From Macrostomum hystrix (lineage: Eukaryota > Animalia > Platyhelminthes): a stretch of 64,000 bases of DNA. Positions 9,403 to 22,800 of the stretch are shown piece by piece. Both the position numbers and the translations under genes were made by a program. Position 1 is the first letter of the stretch; the number at the start of each line of letters is the position of its first letter. The notes below the pieces were generated by a model. The model was not told where the DNA came from. It made no database searches and saw only the letters and a list, made by a program, of their open reading frames with translations. Location: positions 23,622,001 to 23,686,000 of the forward strand of contig CATNEN010000038.1 in assembly GCA_950097015.1 (NCBI GenBank), written 5' to 3'.

Positions 9403-12340
9403 ATGGCCACTGCCACTAGTAGCAGGTTGCCTATGCAAGCCGAGCGCGGGAATTTCCAAGCTGTCAAGAAACTGCTTCGCTCCGGTGCCAACCCCGACGA
9501 GACAGATGCCAAGAACCAGAGCGCTCTGCATTATGCTTGTTGTCATGGTTACAATGATATTGCGACCATCCTGATTCAAGCTGGGGCCAACGTGGAGCTA
9601 GTAAACATCAATGGATTAACGCCTTTACAGCAAGCGATGATTGAATTGAAAGACAGCGACAAGGGATTAGAGATTGCCACCAGTCTAATTGAAGCGGGTG
9701 CCAATGACATCGAGCTCCCATCACCGGACAGCGCTGCCAACCGAAGAAAATATCATACTGGTCGACTGCAATTCGCTGCTAGCAATGGTCATCTGAGAAT
9801 TGCCGCCGCATTGATTGCAGCCGGAGCCGATGCTGACGACACAGATTCGCGCCAAATTTCAGCCATCCACTGGGCCGTCATGGAGGGTTATGCAAGCATT
9901 GTGGAACTGCTGATTGTCTCCGGAGCCGATTTGAGTGTAGTAATGCATGATATATATGCACTGCTGCATTGTGCCATCGATGTGAGGGATCAAGATATTG
10001 TCCGGCTGCTGATTCAGGCAGGTGCAGATGTGGAAATTCGAGGAGACTTCAACTTGACACCGCTGCATCTCGCAGTCTTCTACGGCATGGAAATCGGGGT
10101 TGATTTGCTCATCGAGGCTCAAGCCGATGTTGACGCGAAACTGAGCGCCGAAGTGTTCGAAGTCACGCCTTTAATTATGTCGGCCGCATTTAAACGAGCA
10201 AATATCGCCAAAAAGCTGCTGGACGCTGGAGCGGATGTGAACCTGTCCGGCAACAATAGATTCACCGCTTTGAGCCTTTGCATCCTGACCGCAGATGCTC
10301 AGTTGTGCAAGGTTCTGCTCGACACTAAAGCATGCGCAATGGACGATGACCCACTACTGGCTGTGACTGTAGCCTTAGCAAAGAAAAGAGGTTTTAAAGG
10401 TGTGTTGCAGCTACTAAAGGAGGCGGGATGCTCCTTACTAACAGATTACCATATTTCTAGCACAGGTCCACGAGATCGGCCTCATGAAGTGCGGTCAATC
10501 AACAATGACTTTGCCTTCAGCACTTTGCTGTCAAAATCTATGGAAAAGGCCGGCTTTAACTGCCGCAACGCCCTTTTGCTAAGTGGAGCGGTGGCACTAA
10601 TGGAAGACTGTACAAGGTATATTCAGCGCAGCCGTTTCATGTTTATCTTTGGCAGCTACGCTGACGGCTGGGGCAGCTGCCTGACTGCCCTTGATGGCAA
10701 CATCGATGACGACTCCGACATCGACTATACGTCTATTGACTCGAGGAGAAGTCTGTGCCTCCACGAGTTTTGTACGAAGCATGGTGACTGCGACGGAGTT
10801 ACCAAGGCAAACTATAACGATGGACATGCTTGCTGCCCGAATCGTAACGGTTAGTACTGAGTTTCTTTAACATTGCACTGTAACACGTTACGCATAGCAA
10901 ACATTTTGTACCAATTGCATGCTTGCCTTTTCAGCTTCTGGACCGAATGCACCGTTTCCAAACTTCTTAAGCAACGCTGCTGTCGACTTTATTGGCGCTG
11001 TCAAATGCTGCTGCTATCCACCGATAAGGATCACCGAGCAGGAATTCAAAGCCAGAACGCTAATTGCGCCTCACATCATTGACGCACTAGAAAATGTACT
11101 CAGACAATCAAACTACTGCCACGTGGTAACGGCAGCATGTCCTGGAGTGGAGAACAGCATGCGTCTGAGTACCACCTTTCTTGACAGAACCGTCATGCAC
11201 AATCTCACCACCGTCCAAGGACAGCTCTTTATTCTGCTCAAGTACATCGTCAAGAAAGTGTTGAGCAGTCGGGTGAAAGGGCTGAAGACGTACATTGCCA
11301 AGAACTTGCTGTTCTTCATGCTGGACAGAACGCAGAAGAATGATTGGAAGCCCTGCAACCTCATGAGTCTGACAGAACAGGCACTGAAGCTGCTCATTCA
11401 GATGATAACCAACTCAGCAGGTGAGAATGCTTGCATGAGTCACTTCTTCCTGCGTGACGCGATTGTGTACTTTAAGAGCGACCAAGACCCAAAAGAGACG
11501 ATCAAGAAGTGCATTGAGGAGGTCATCGAAGAGCTGCCGCAGCTTCTGCAGGAGTTCAAGAGCCAGCTGAAGTCCGGACCCGTGAACAAAATCATCTTCC
11601 ACCCTGGCCTGCAGATTTTTCTGTGGTCCAAGTTTCCCGTTTCCAGTTTCTACGAGATTCCGGAGGGCCAGGTCCAGTATCACCAAACCTACAACCTGGT
11701 GAAGCTCATCCTCAAGAAGCTCTGCGACCCGTTGCCTCGGAACGAGAGACTCAGTCGCGAGACGGAGCTGATGCAGCTGGTCCACAAGCTTCCAGACCAC
11801 GCGAAAACTGCCAGGGAGTGTCTGGAAGCAATGAGGCGTCTTAAAATGGGGGAGAGTTGGGAGGTGGCTGTGAGCTGCCTCAGCGAGAGCTCCAGTGTGA
11901 GCACTGGAATTCCACTCAGCATTCTTCCCGCTGGTGAGACTTCAGTGGACCGCGCGAAAGAGTTAGTTCGCGAATACGTGGAGAGCCACGACTCATTGTG
12001 GAGATTCGCCTTCTACTTGGGCTTCGATCAACAGCCCGACTTTGGATTCCTGCCAGAGAGCATCAGACTGGTCATGCAGCCGCTGATTCGGTACGGCATC
12101 TGGCTGCTCAACTTTGACGCTCTGGCCAAGGCGCTTCGTTCAAACGACCCGTTGCCTTTGATTCAAGACCTGCGCGAGCAGTTTGGAGACGAAGTCATCA
12201 GCGCCTTTCTGAGCTCACAGAAGCACCAAATTTTGAATATCATCGCGAGCAGCCTCAACCTCAGCAGCCGAACTGACGCCGACACCAGCGAAGTCGTGGA
12301 TCATCAGTTGCATCAGTTGTCTGAACCCGATCTTGATTGA
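9403..12340 (+). CDS. Ankyrin-repeat + Mab-21/cGAS-like nucleotidyltransferase (cGLR-type) fusion protein, 2 exons, ~950 aa
   Basis: Exons 9403-10849 and 10935-12340 with an 85-nt GT-AG phase-1 intron. About 9-10 ankyrin repeats (SALHYAC, TPLQQAM, SAIHWAV, TPLHLAV, TPLIMSA). NTase motifs FIFGSYADG...DSDID...VDFIGAVKC. Mab-21 motifs HVVTA, MRLSTTFLD, LLKY, LKTYIAKNLLFF, WKPCNL, MSHFF. Confidence 0.88.
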
Positions 12341-13888
12341 ATTCGTTAATCGTTTACCGAATTAACGTTATTGGTGAAACTGCTGAATCATTTCAATAAT
12401 CTCATTGCACACTGCTGTCCTTTTAGCAGTAGAAATATCACACTATCCCCCACCCTGGGGAAATACCACTGGGGTATTTCAAATGACCACAGCCTACTTC
12501 ACGATACCTCCGAAACCGAATGACCGATTTTATTAAAAGTCCTTCATACGGATCTATATTTTCCGCCCTTTGCGATGAACCGAGATATTCAGCGAATCTA
12601 CGAGTATATAGGTTAGACAGTAAAAAGTAGCAATTGAATAAATATACGTAATTATAGTAAAAATAGCTCGTAATAGCCCACATAGAAAATTCATGCCTAT
12701 ATTAGTAGTTTTTGCCACCAGACACCACCGACGAGCATCGTTGAATATCTCGACAATGCCGATATTTTGTTATTCCGGAAGATTTTTCATAGGATAGAGC
12801 GGAGAATTTTAGCCCGTGTTCTGGATATTCATGGCGATTGTTTGAATGTTTTAGGAGAGACAGAAAAAAGAAAACTCGGAGTATTCGAAATACCTCCGTG
12901 GACTGTGTACTATTAAACTGCTGAATCATTTCAATAACTTTGTTGCAAATTCTTAAATCCTACTTTCCTTATGAGTTATTGAGTACCTTGTATTTGCAGA
13001 GAGCGAGAGTAGGACCAATGTTTTTGACAAAAAGATAAAGTTTAGATCGATTAGAAAATGTGGCATACTGTAGTGATTTGCTCTATTTATCAGACAATTA
13101 AGTACAAGAAGTACATTACGAGTATTTTAATTAGTTGTTTTGCTAGTTAACTTCTACGAGTAATAAAACCTTTTTTCTCTTTAGTGTTTCGTGATAGTAC
13201 GTGTTGCGCTTTAACTTCTTCCGATCTGATCCAGTTTGAGCAACATATCCGTTACGGTCGGAATGGTACGCAGAGCTTACCATAGACTACGCTTTTGCCG
13301 AGGGCATAGACATGTTAACCTTTTTTAACCAATCAACGCCTGGCAAGTCAAAGTCGAAGGCTCAGACACTGTTCAAGATCGATTTTGTCGTGCACCATTG
13401 TGCCTGATAAAGATTTTCTTGAGATTTTAAGCGAGCATTTTATATTAATCTATAGTTTGCTGCCCTAATTATATTCACCAACTTTTTAAAATATCTAACT
13501 CTGCAAAAACTTTTCTATAATATGCTACTCAAAAGTAGAAGTGTCGTGAATTCGTTGCAATGTCTATAGCTACAGCAGCTGTGACCCGTTTTTCCTTCTC
13601 TACCAATAGGATGACTCGGCAGCTCAGTTAGAAACCCCCAGCAGCACTGCAGAAGAGCTACCATTGGTCCATCGGTTAGTCAGCCAATGACCAATATCAA
13701 ATGGTCAAAGAGAATTATCGTCCTAGGTGCTGGTGCTGGTAAATATATACTAATTGAATAGGAGTTTCTTATAGACTTACTATGTAAAAGGTTACTGAAA
13801 AAAGTCAGAATAATTTTTCCCTCTTGTTCCATGCATTGAATTCTCTTCATTGTACAACAATCCATCTGCTGCGTACCAATCGCAGAAA

Positions 13889-16800
13889 ATGGCTAATGAT
13901 ATATTGTTTATTGTGTTTGTTGTAATGACAATGTCGGCAACGATCGTCTCTTTGGATGCTCACCTAGACATGACAGTCGACGAGGATCTGGCACAAGGTA
14001 CCGAAATTCCCAATTCTCGCAGGCTCCTACAGGACAATGGCATAGATGCCAAGTCGTACGACCTGCTGCCTCATCCTTACATGGAATACGGCAAAGAGGA
14101 CGGTTTATTGAAGGCAAAGAAGCTACTGGACCGAGATGCAATGTGCACTAACAACAAAATGTGTTGCGACAACGCTCAGCTAGTCTGCCCGTTGGTCCTG
14201 ACATTCATCAGCCATAGAACTTCGACACTGCAGAGGAAGGTGCTTCGAATCGGGCTTCGCGACCGCAATGACCACATTCCGCGCTTCGAATTGGCAGCGA
14301 AGTCGTTTTTCATACCGGAGGACACACCAACGGGCCACCTGGAACGATTGCCGTTGGCCAAAGACTTCGACTCTGATGAGAACTCTGTACAACGCTACAG
14401 TCTGACACCGAGCAACTCACCGTTCGGTCTCAAACAGGACCTGCACAGTCGGCTAAGCCGCGAGAATGTCCAGCTTTGGTTGGAGCTGAAGTCACAATTG
14501 GATCGCGAAGCGCAAGCCTCGTACGAGTTCGTGCTGACCGCCATCGATGCCGGAGACCAGAAGGGCAGCATGCGCATCATTGTCAACGTTACAGACCGCA
14601 ACGATGTGTACCCGCATTTTGTGCAGAGCAGCTCAGCTGGGCAGACCAAGCGTCTATCCGAGAGCCTGAGACAGAATACTCGAGTAGCTAGAGTCGTTGC
14701 TAAGGATGAAGACGAAGGTGTAAATGCAGAGATTTTGTACGAGCTTGACCCGCACCAACCGGATTTGGGATCCGTTCAGCGGCACTTCAGAGTCGACTCT
14801 CACACTGGCGACATAACACTTTTGCGCCAGCTTGATTACGAAGACACGACTGAGTATAAAATCGCGGTGATTGCTAAAAACCGAGTGCCTTACAGTACGC
14901 ACAGCAGACTGTCCACCGCCACCGTGACAATCATTGTGCTGGATGAGAATGACGAAACCCCGGTGCTTAAAATACATTACTGGCAGGGTGAGGGTCAGAC
15001 TATGGCTAGCATTGTAGAGAATCAGATGGAGTCCATGGTTGTGGCCATCATTACTCCCACGGACAGGGATAAAGAAGTTAATGGACAAGTTGTATGCGAT
15101 TTACTGGACAACAGAGACAAAGACTACTTTCATTTAAGTAAAATACCTGCCGGAACAGAGTACTACTTGAGCACAAAAACTGGCAACGGATTTGATCGAG
15201 AGCAATTTCTCAAGGATTCTCTTGTTGATCCGTCAGCAACGGAAGTGAAGATTGATGTGTCTGTCGTGTGCGCGGATCGCGGAAAACCACCTAGAACTGC
15301 CAACGCTAGCGTCAGTGTTCGCATTCTCGACCTCAACGACAACAGCCCGGTGCTGAAGGTGCGCACATACGTGGGCAGGAGCTCGTCTTTTGGCGAGACG
15401 ATGATCGAGATTGACGAGAATCTGCCAGTTAGAACCACCATTGCCAGAATCGACGCATTTGATCCTGACTATCGAGAAAACGGCACAGTCATCTTCTCCA
15501 TGGACCAGACATTGTCTTATTCGCTAGATGCGTTTGGAATCTACGCTGATGGTCGCTTGGTGACGAAGCGGGTGCTAGATCGAGAGGCGTTGAACTTACC
15601 CAGCGACCTATTTCAAGTCGTCGTTGTCGCGCAGGACAGAGGTCAGCCGGCCAGATCAAGCACCATCAGTCTAGAGATTCGCCTCAAGGATGTCAACGAC
15701 AACGCGCCCCAGATGGAGCCACAGATGACCTTTACTGTGTTTGAAAACAATGCGACCGAATACCAGGTTGGTACTATCAATGTTACCGATCCAGATCGGG
15801 TCGGTCAGCTGTCTGTGTCGTTGCAACCGTTGAGACCGCATGATCGGATACCATTTAGAGTGCAAAAAGAGCACGGGCGCTTCTACCTGCTTGCCACTGA
15901 CAGACTGGATAGCGAGCAAATCAACGAGTACAAGTTTCTGTTAATAGCCATCGACGCCCTTCCGAGTTTAGGCGGACACACTGTCACCAGCACAGTAACT
16001 GTCCATGTTCAAGACGTCAACGATCACACTCCGCAGATTGTGTATCCGTGCAATGGCAAGCCGTTCAGGCACAACCACAGCGTTTCCTGGCGAGAGGGCT
16101 ACGGTCATACCGTTGTTAAAGTCAACGCCAAGGACGAAGATCAGGACAAGTCTACAAACGGTCGTTTGAACTTTAGAATGCTGCCAAATAGGCTGTTCCT
16201 GATTGAAGAAAAATCTGGCGAGGTGAAAGTCGCCGCACAGATGCGTCACAGCGACATGGGTCCGAAACTAGTCACAGTGGTCGCTAGAGACGACGGAAAG
16301 CCAATCAGTCTGAGCTCGACTTGCGAATTTTTTATCATAGTGGACAACTCGGTGCCATACAGTCTGGGAGTAGCGAATGGCAACAGCAAAGCGGCTTCTC
16401 AGCCCCCAATTAACAGCGGAGGTCGCAATGGTGACATGGTTTCTCGGAGCCTAATGAGCGACTCCAGCATCTTGGCCGCTGTGGCTGTATTTATCTGCCT
16501 GCTGCTTTTATCGACCCTGCTGTTGTTTCTGTACGCCAGGCACTGGCATGGAACGCCGGACTTTCTGCCCGACCTGCTGGAGCCCTGCCTCGGTTCTGTT
16601 GAGCCCAGCGTGGCTGCCAAGCAATGTACGGGGGCCGGCATGCAGGACTCTGGACAAGCCTTGCAGCTATCCGGCCAGCAACGACTCGTGATTGGTGGTG
16701 GCGCCTTTGGCAAGTCAAGTGAGCCCACTGAGGTAAGTTGGAGAAGTGCTCACTAACTATTGCGGTTCTGGGATAACTAATAATAATAATTGCAGGAGGG

Positions 16801-19800
16801 CTGCGAGCAGTAGCACATCATTTATTGACACTCGACCCGTGTGTACATCTGCCCTGACTTTCTCATCGTCAGGCAGTGTACACTCTCACTGTGCCTACCC
16901 TCGATGGCGAAAACTGCACGACATGTGCGATATGTCAAGCCTTGTCTCCGCGGCTGCGCCTTGAATGAATATGGCCTCGCCGCTGAATCGAGCTCAGGGA
17001 CCTTGGTGCGAGAGGCTAACGCTCTGCCACTCACCCTGTGGAACTGAAAGCGCAGTGAGGTTGGGATTTCGAATCTCTTCCCAAGGTGCGATGAAAAACA
17101 TTGTTCTTGAGCTCCAGTAGAAACAGCTCTCAGATTCGGACAATGGAGATTTGACTTTTTCGATTTATTTGCTACCGTTTTTTGGCAGAAAAAAGTTGAG
17201 CAGCTGTCGAATAATCAAGTATGTCAAATATGGCATAAAGTTGGCAGAATTTGAGGCGCATGCTTTAAATTTGCCAGAGTTTTGTTCCTGTTTAGGGAAT
17301 TTGAAAACTGAAATCTGATTTAAGAGGGTGGAGCCAACTTTATAGATTTATTAGAAATTGCCCAGCCCTCAGTGGGGTGGACCAGCTGTCGTGCTGACTG
17401 TGCTGAATGTGCTGACTGTGTGTGTGTGTCAGGCGGAGGCATTTCTGACCAGGTTGAAACAAAGCAATCTAATCGACATGGATTGTTTGGCCGGGATCTC
17501 GCAACTGGCCAATAGTTGAATTGCAGTATTTTCTTCGTTGAAAGGAAAGTGGAAACGCTGCGAATCAGTTGGCCAAATCTTGGAATGAAAGTTTCGCGGA
17601 CGGGTAAGAATTAACTCGAGTGGGATCGTCTTCCCAGCGCCCTCATTCCAATCTGTTCCCAAATCCCATAAGTCTAGAGCCCCCCGGTAATGAATTTTAT
17701 GACACTTTAAATCAGATACTTTCATTAACGTTGCAGCTAATGTCGCAGCAAATACAGACGCTTTGCCTAGACTAAGAGGCTAATATAGTGAAGTGTTACA
17801 GCTGACTATTCACCTCTCATTTTGGAGACAAAAATATTTAGTTGGAAATGCAATTCTGGTCATACCTAAAGCAAGATCATAAATGCCATTTTAGTCATAC
17901 AGGCTGGCTAGGATGCACTTTTTAAGCCTACTATTGCAGTTTCGATATAGTATAGTAAGTGTCACTATAGTACTTGTCTTTGAGTCATTGCTATAATTGG
18001 CTAGAGTAAGACGCATAACAGTGCTTTAGCTCACCCAACTTTAGTTGATCAACCCACTGACGACGAGTATTATGTACATTTCAGTCTCATGCTCTGATGC
18101 AACAGCAACAGCAGCAGCAGCAGCAGCAGCAGCAATTATCATCTTCGTCTTTGTATCAATCGATGCCATTGTCTCGAAGGCAAATTTATATTGGCCGTGG
18201 CGAAGCAGGTGCTGCATCAGGTGAGAGTTCAGATCGATCAATACTGTGCTTATCCTAGATTGTTTTGAATGTTATTTACAGTAACTGATATTGATTCAAC
18301 CACTGCCATTCTCTCCATTTCATCTGTCACTCCTCTCTCCACTCCATCTGGCACTCCTCACTCACTCCTTCTGTCACTCCTCTCTCACTCCATCTGTCAC
18401 TCCTCTCTCACTCCATCTGTCACTCCTCTCTCACTCCATCTATCAATCCATCTGTCACTCCTCTCTCACTCCATCTGTCACTCCTCTCTCACTCCATCTG
18501 TCACTCCTCTCTCACTCCATCTAGCACTCCTCTCTCACTCCATCTAGCACTCCTCTCTCCACTCCATCTGGCACTCCTCACTCACTCCGTCTGTCACTCC
18601 TCTCTCACTCCGTCTGTCACTCCTCTCTGACTCCATCTGTCACTCCTCTCTCACTCCATCTGTCACTCCTCTCTCCCTCCATCTATCAATCCATCTGTCA
18701 CTCCTCTCTCACTCCATCTGTCACTCCTCTCTCACTCCATCTGTCACTCCTCTCTCACTCCATCTGTCACTCCTCTCTCACTCCATCTGTCACTCCTCTC
18801 TCACTCCATCTGTCACTCCATCTGTCACTCCTCTCTCACTCCATCTGTCACTCCATCTGTCACTCCTCTCTCACTCCGTCTGTCACTCCTCTCTCACTCC
18901 ATCTGTCACTCCTCTCTCACTCCATCTGTCACTCCTCTCTCACTCCATCTGTCACTCCTCTCTCACTCCATCTGGCACTCCTCTCTCACTCCATCTGGCA
19001 CTCCTCTCTCACTCTATCTGTCACTCCATCTGTCACTCCTCTCTCTCTCTGTCATTTCAAATGCCTCCAATACTCTCAAAGGCAATCCTTGAATTTATAT
19101 GAACAAATTTATGGTTCTTGAAGCCGACGAACTATTAAAAAATCATTTCAATGTAACAAACTCATAACCACTCTCGTAAAAAAATCGGAGATTTGCAATT
19201 TTAAAGAACGTCCAATTAATTTTTTTTCCCAAGTGAATGAATTGGTCACAAACTGCTGAAGTGAAATTGCAAAAAAAATTGTTAGACTCGATCATTACAC
19301 CCGGTGACTTGCTTGCCCCAAAAAAAGTTCATTTGTTACACATTTGCGCCATATATTTCAACTATGTTTCCGACTTTAGTCTTTCATGCCATTAGATCGA
19401 AATTTCTAAATTTCGCTTCAGCCTAATGGGATCCAGATATTTTTACCAACTTTTTTTTAACTATCGGAAACACAAAATTCTTTCCTAATAGGAAAAAGTC
19501 ACTGGCGAGAAAACAGAACAAAATATACAATTAAAATTTCATGAATTTTGCCTAGTAGCAGTTTAATAGCGTTTTTATTGATGTAAGCTTAATCAACAGT
19601 TTCAGTTAAAGCAAACAATTCTTGTTAGTGAGTTAGTGTCGCTTTAAAGATTCCATTAACTGTTCTGTGCGTTAGTTGGGTCTGCTATGACCCTATTGAT
19701 TCAATCCAATAGAATTTTCGAATCCCTCTAATTCTAAAATACCTACCCTTTCCAAAGAAATGCTTATTCCTGTCCACTATACCTCTAATACTAGGTATAA

Positions 19801-22800
19801 ACTTCCCATTCATCAATCTTCTATTTCCCTTTAAAAATTGTCCCCAAATTTTAATTCTCGTAGTTCTTCCCCTTTTTTCTCCACCTCTCTCGTTCTCCCG
19901 ATCTCTTCTAATCTACCAATCTTCCAATCCTCCAATCTTCCAATCTACCAATATTCCAATCTTCCAATCTTCCAATCTACCAATCTTCCAATCTTCCAAT
20001 CTTCCAATATACCAATCTTCCAATCTTCCAATCTTCCAATCTTCCATTCTACCAATCTTCCAATATACCAATCTACCAATCTTCCAATCTTCCAATATAC
20101 CAATCAACCAATCTTTAAATCTACCAATCTTCCAATCTTCCAATCTACCAATCTACCAATCTATCAATCTTGCAATCTACCAATATTTAAATCTACTAAT
20201 CTACCAATCTACCAATGTTCCAATCTACCAATCTACCAATCTACCAATCTATCAATCTTGCAATCTACCAATATTTAAATCTACTAATCTACCAATCTAC
20301 CAATGTTCCAATCTACCAATCTACCAATCTACCAATCTATCAATCTTGCAATCTACCAATCTTCCAATCTAGCAATCTAGCAATCTACCAATCTACCAAT
20401 GTTCCAATCTTCCAATCTACCAATCTACCAAACGTGAGTCCCTGACTACGCCCAATGCGAAGAGTGTTCACTTCATTGAGTGGCAATAAAAAAAGTAACA
20501 AGGTGGGGTACAATTTCTACTTCAGTAGGTAGCGCCAGTTGTGTGTGACAACATCCGCTACTTGTTCTGTCAGTTTTTTTGTCCCACTTAAAGACTTTAA
20601 GTATATTATTATATTATTTAATATTATACAATCGATAGAATTCTTGCTTATAATCATGAGCACGAGCAAGTTGAAAGGGGAGTTTGATTGTAACTGTAAC
20701 AATCTGACAGAAGGACGTTAAGGTTTGACATATCCGCTATAGTTTGACAGCTAGACACGTGGAAGTCCAGCGGTTTGCGAAAAAAAATTGCCCAACTCTT
20801 TTGTGCGTCTGTGTGAAGTTTGCACTCAAAGGAATTGGGAGGAGAGAGAAGATGGAAAAAACTGGATGGGAACATGTTCTTTGCGTGACAAATGTCGCGC
20901 GCCGCCTTTAGGCCGAAAAAACCGCACCGATATAGAAAAAGGTTAGATTGCGTCTAAATGATATTACTTGGCTTTGTAGCTTAGAATCGCAGCAGGAACT
21001 GTAGCTTAGAATCGCAGCAGGAACTATAGCTTAGAATCGCAGCAGGAACTGTAGCTTAGAATCGCAGCAAGAACTGTAGCTTAGAATCGCAGCAGGAATC
21101 GTAGCTAGAATCTCAACCTAAAATCGCAGCAGGAACTGTAGCTTAGAATCGCAGCAGGAACTGTAGCTTAGAATCGCAGCAGGAACTGTAGCTTAGAATC
21201 GCAGCAGGAACTGTAGCTTAGAATCGCAGCAGGAACTGTAGCTTAGAATCGCAGCAGGAACTGTAGCTTAGAATCGCAGCAGGAACTGTAGCTTAGAATC
21301 GCAGCAGGAACTGTAGCTTAGAATCGCAGCAGGAACTGTAGCTTAGAATCGCAGCAGGAACTGTAGCTTAGAATCGCAGCAGGAACTGTAGCTTAGAATC
21401 GCAGCAGGAACTGTAGCTTAGAATCGCAGCAGGAACTGTAGCTTAGAATCGCAGCAGGAACTGTAGCTTAGAATCGCAGCAGGAACTGTAGCTTAGAATC
21501 GCAGCAGGAACTGTAGCTTAGAATCGCAGCAGGAACTGTAGCTTAGAATCGCAGCAGGAACTGTAGCTTAGAATCGCAGCAGGAACTGTAGCTTAGAATC
21601 GCAGCAGGAACTGTAGCTTAGAATCGCAGCAGGAACTGTAGCTTAGAATCGCAGCAGGAACTGTAGCTTAGAATCGCAGCAGGAACTGTAGCTTAGAATC
21701 GCAGCAGGAACTGTAGCTTAGAATCGCAGCAGGAACTGTAGCTTAGAATCGCAGCAGGAACTGTAGCTTAGAATCGCAGCAGGAACTGTAGCATAGAATC
21801 GTAGCAGGAATCGCAGCAGGAACTGTAGCATAGAATCGTAGCAGGAATCGCAGCAGGAATCGCAGCAGGAATCGCAGCTAGAATCGAAACGCACAAAATG
21901 AAACTATGTAAACAAATCAGAGCACGAAGTTAAGAATGCAAAATATTTTTTTATTCCCTGCGGAAGCAGGGCGGGGGTATTGTTAGGAGCTTAGGTGCCT
22001 TTTCACGCAGAGCAGTCAAGCAGAACAAAACAGGAAATAATAAATGCAGACATCAGGGCCACCCAGTGAAGTCCCTCCATAGGGATTGAAGAGTCTTATA
22101 GTTGGCTAGTCAACTGAGGACACCACTGTCATAGCAGCATAGCAAGAGCCTTTGAAAGATTTGGATTGCAAATTTTCGGTTCATCGAACCCGGAAGAAAC
22201 TAAAATAATTGGGGAGAGAGAGAAAACTAATTGTGCACAGAAAATGCATTCAGACAGCTGCTTAGGTTAGGGCGGCTGTGGGATCCTATGGACTAGCCAT
22301 AGGGGATTAGAAGGGATTGGCAAAGACCACCTCTGACTGGTCCCGAGATAGAATGAGAGTTTGAATTCAATCTTGAAAATGAAAGCGAATGGGATTGGAA
22401 TTCGTATTGTAAAGATTTGTTCGAGTTAATGCTTAAATCTGGCCCAGCATTTAGTATGTTCAGCGTGCAGTATATTATCGAGTTCATATCGATTACTGTC
22501 GCTGCGATTGGGAGAAGGATGAGAGAGATGGGGAGAGGGAGGAGAGAGATGGGGTGAGGGAGGAGAGAGATGGGGAGAGGGAGGAGAGAGATGGGGAGAG
22601 GGAGGAGAGAGATGGGGAGAGGGAGGAGACAGATAGAGAGAGGGAGGAGAGAGATGGGGAGAGGGAGGAGAGAGATGGGGAGAGGGAGGAGACAGATAGG
22701 GAGAGGGAGGAGAGAGATGGGGAGAGGGAGGAGAGAGATGGGGAGAGGGAGGAGAGAGATGGGGAGAGGGAGGAGACAGATAGAGAGAGGGAGGAGAGAG

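Noticed and set aside
9403-12340. Bacterial CBASS operon or contamination
   Set aside because: The gene has a spliceosomal intron, Mab-21-type animal motifs, animal flanking genes, and no Cap effector neighbours.
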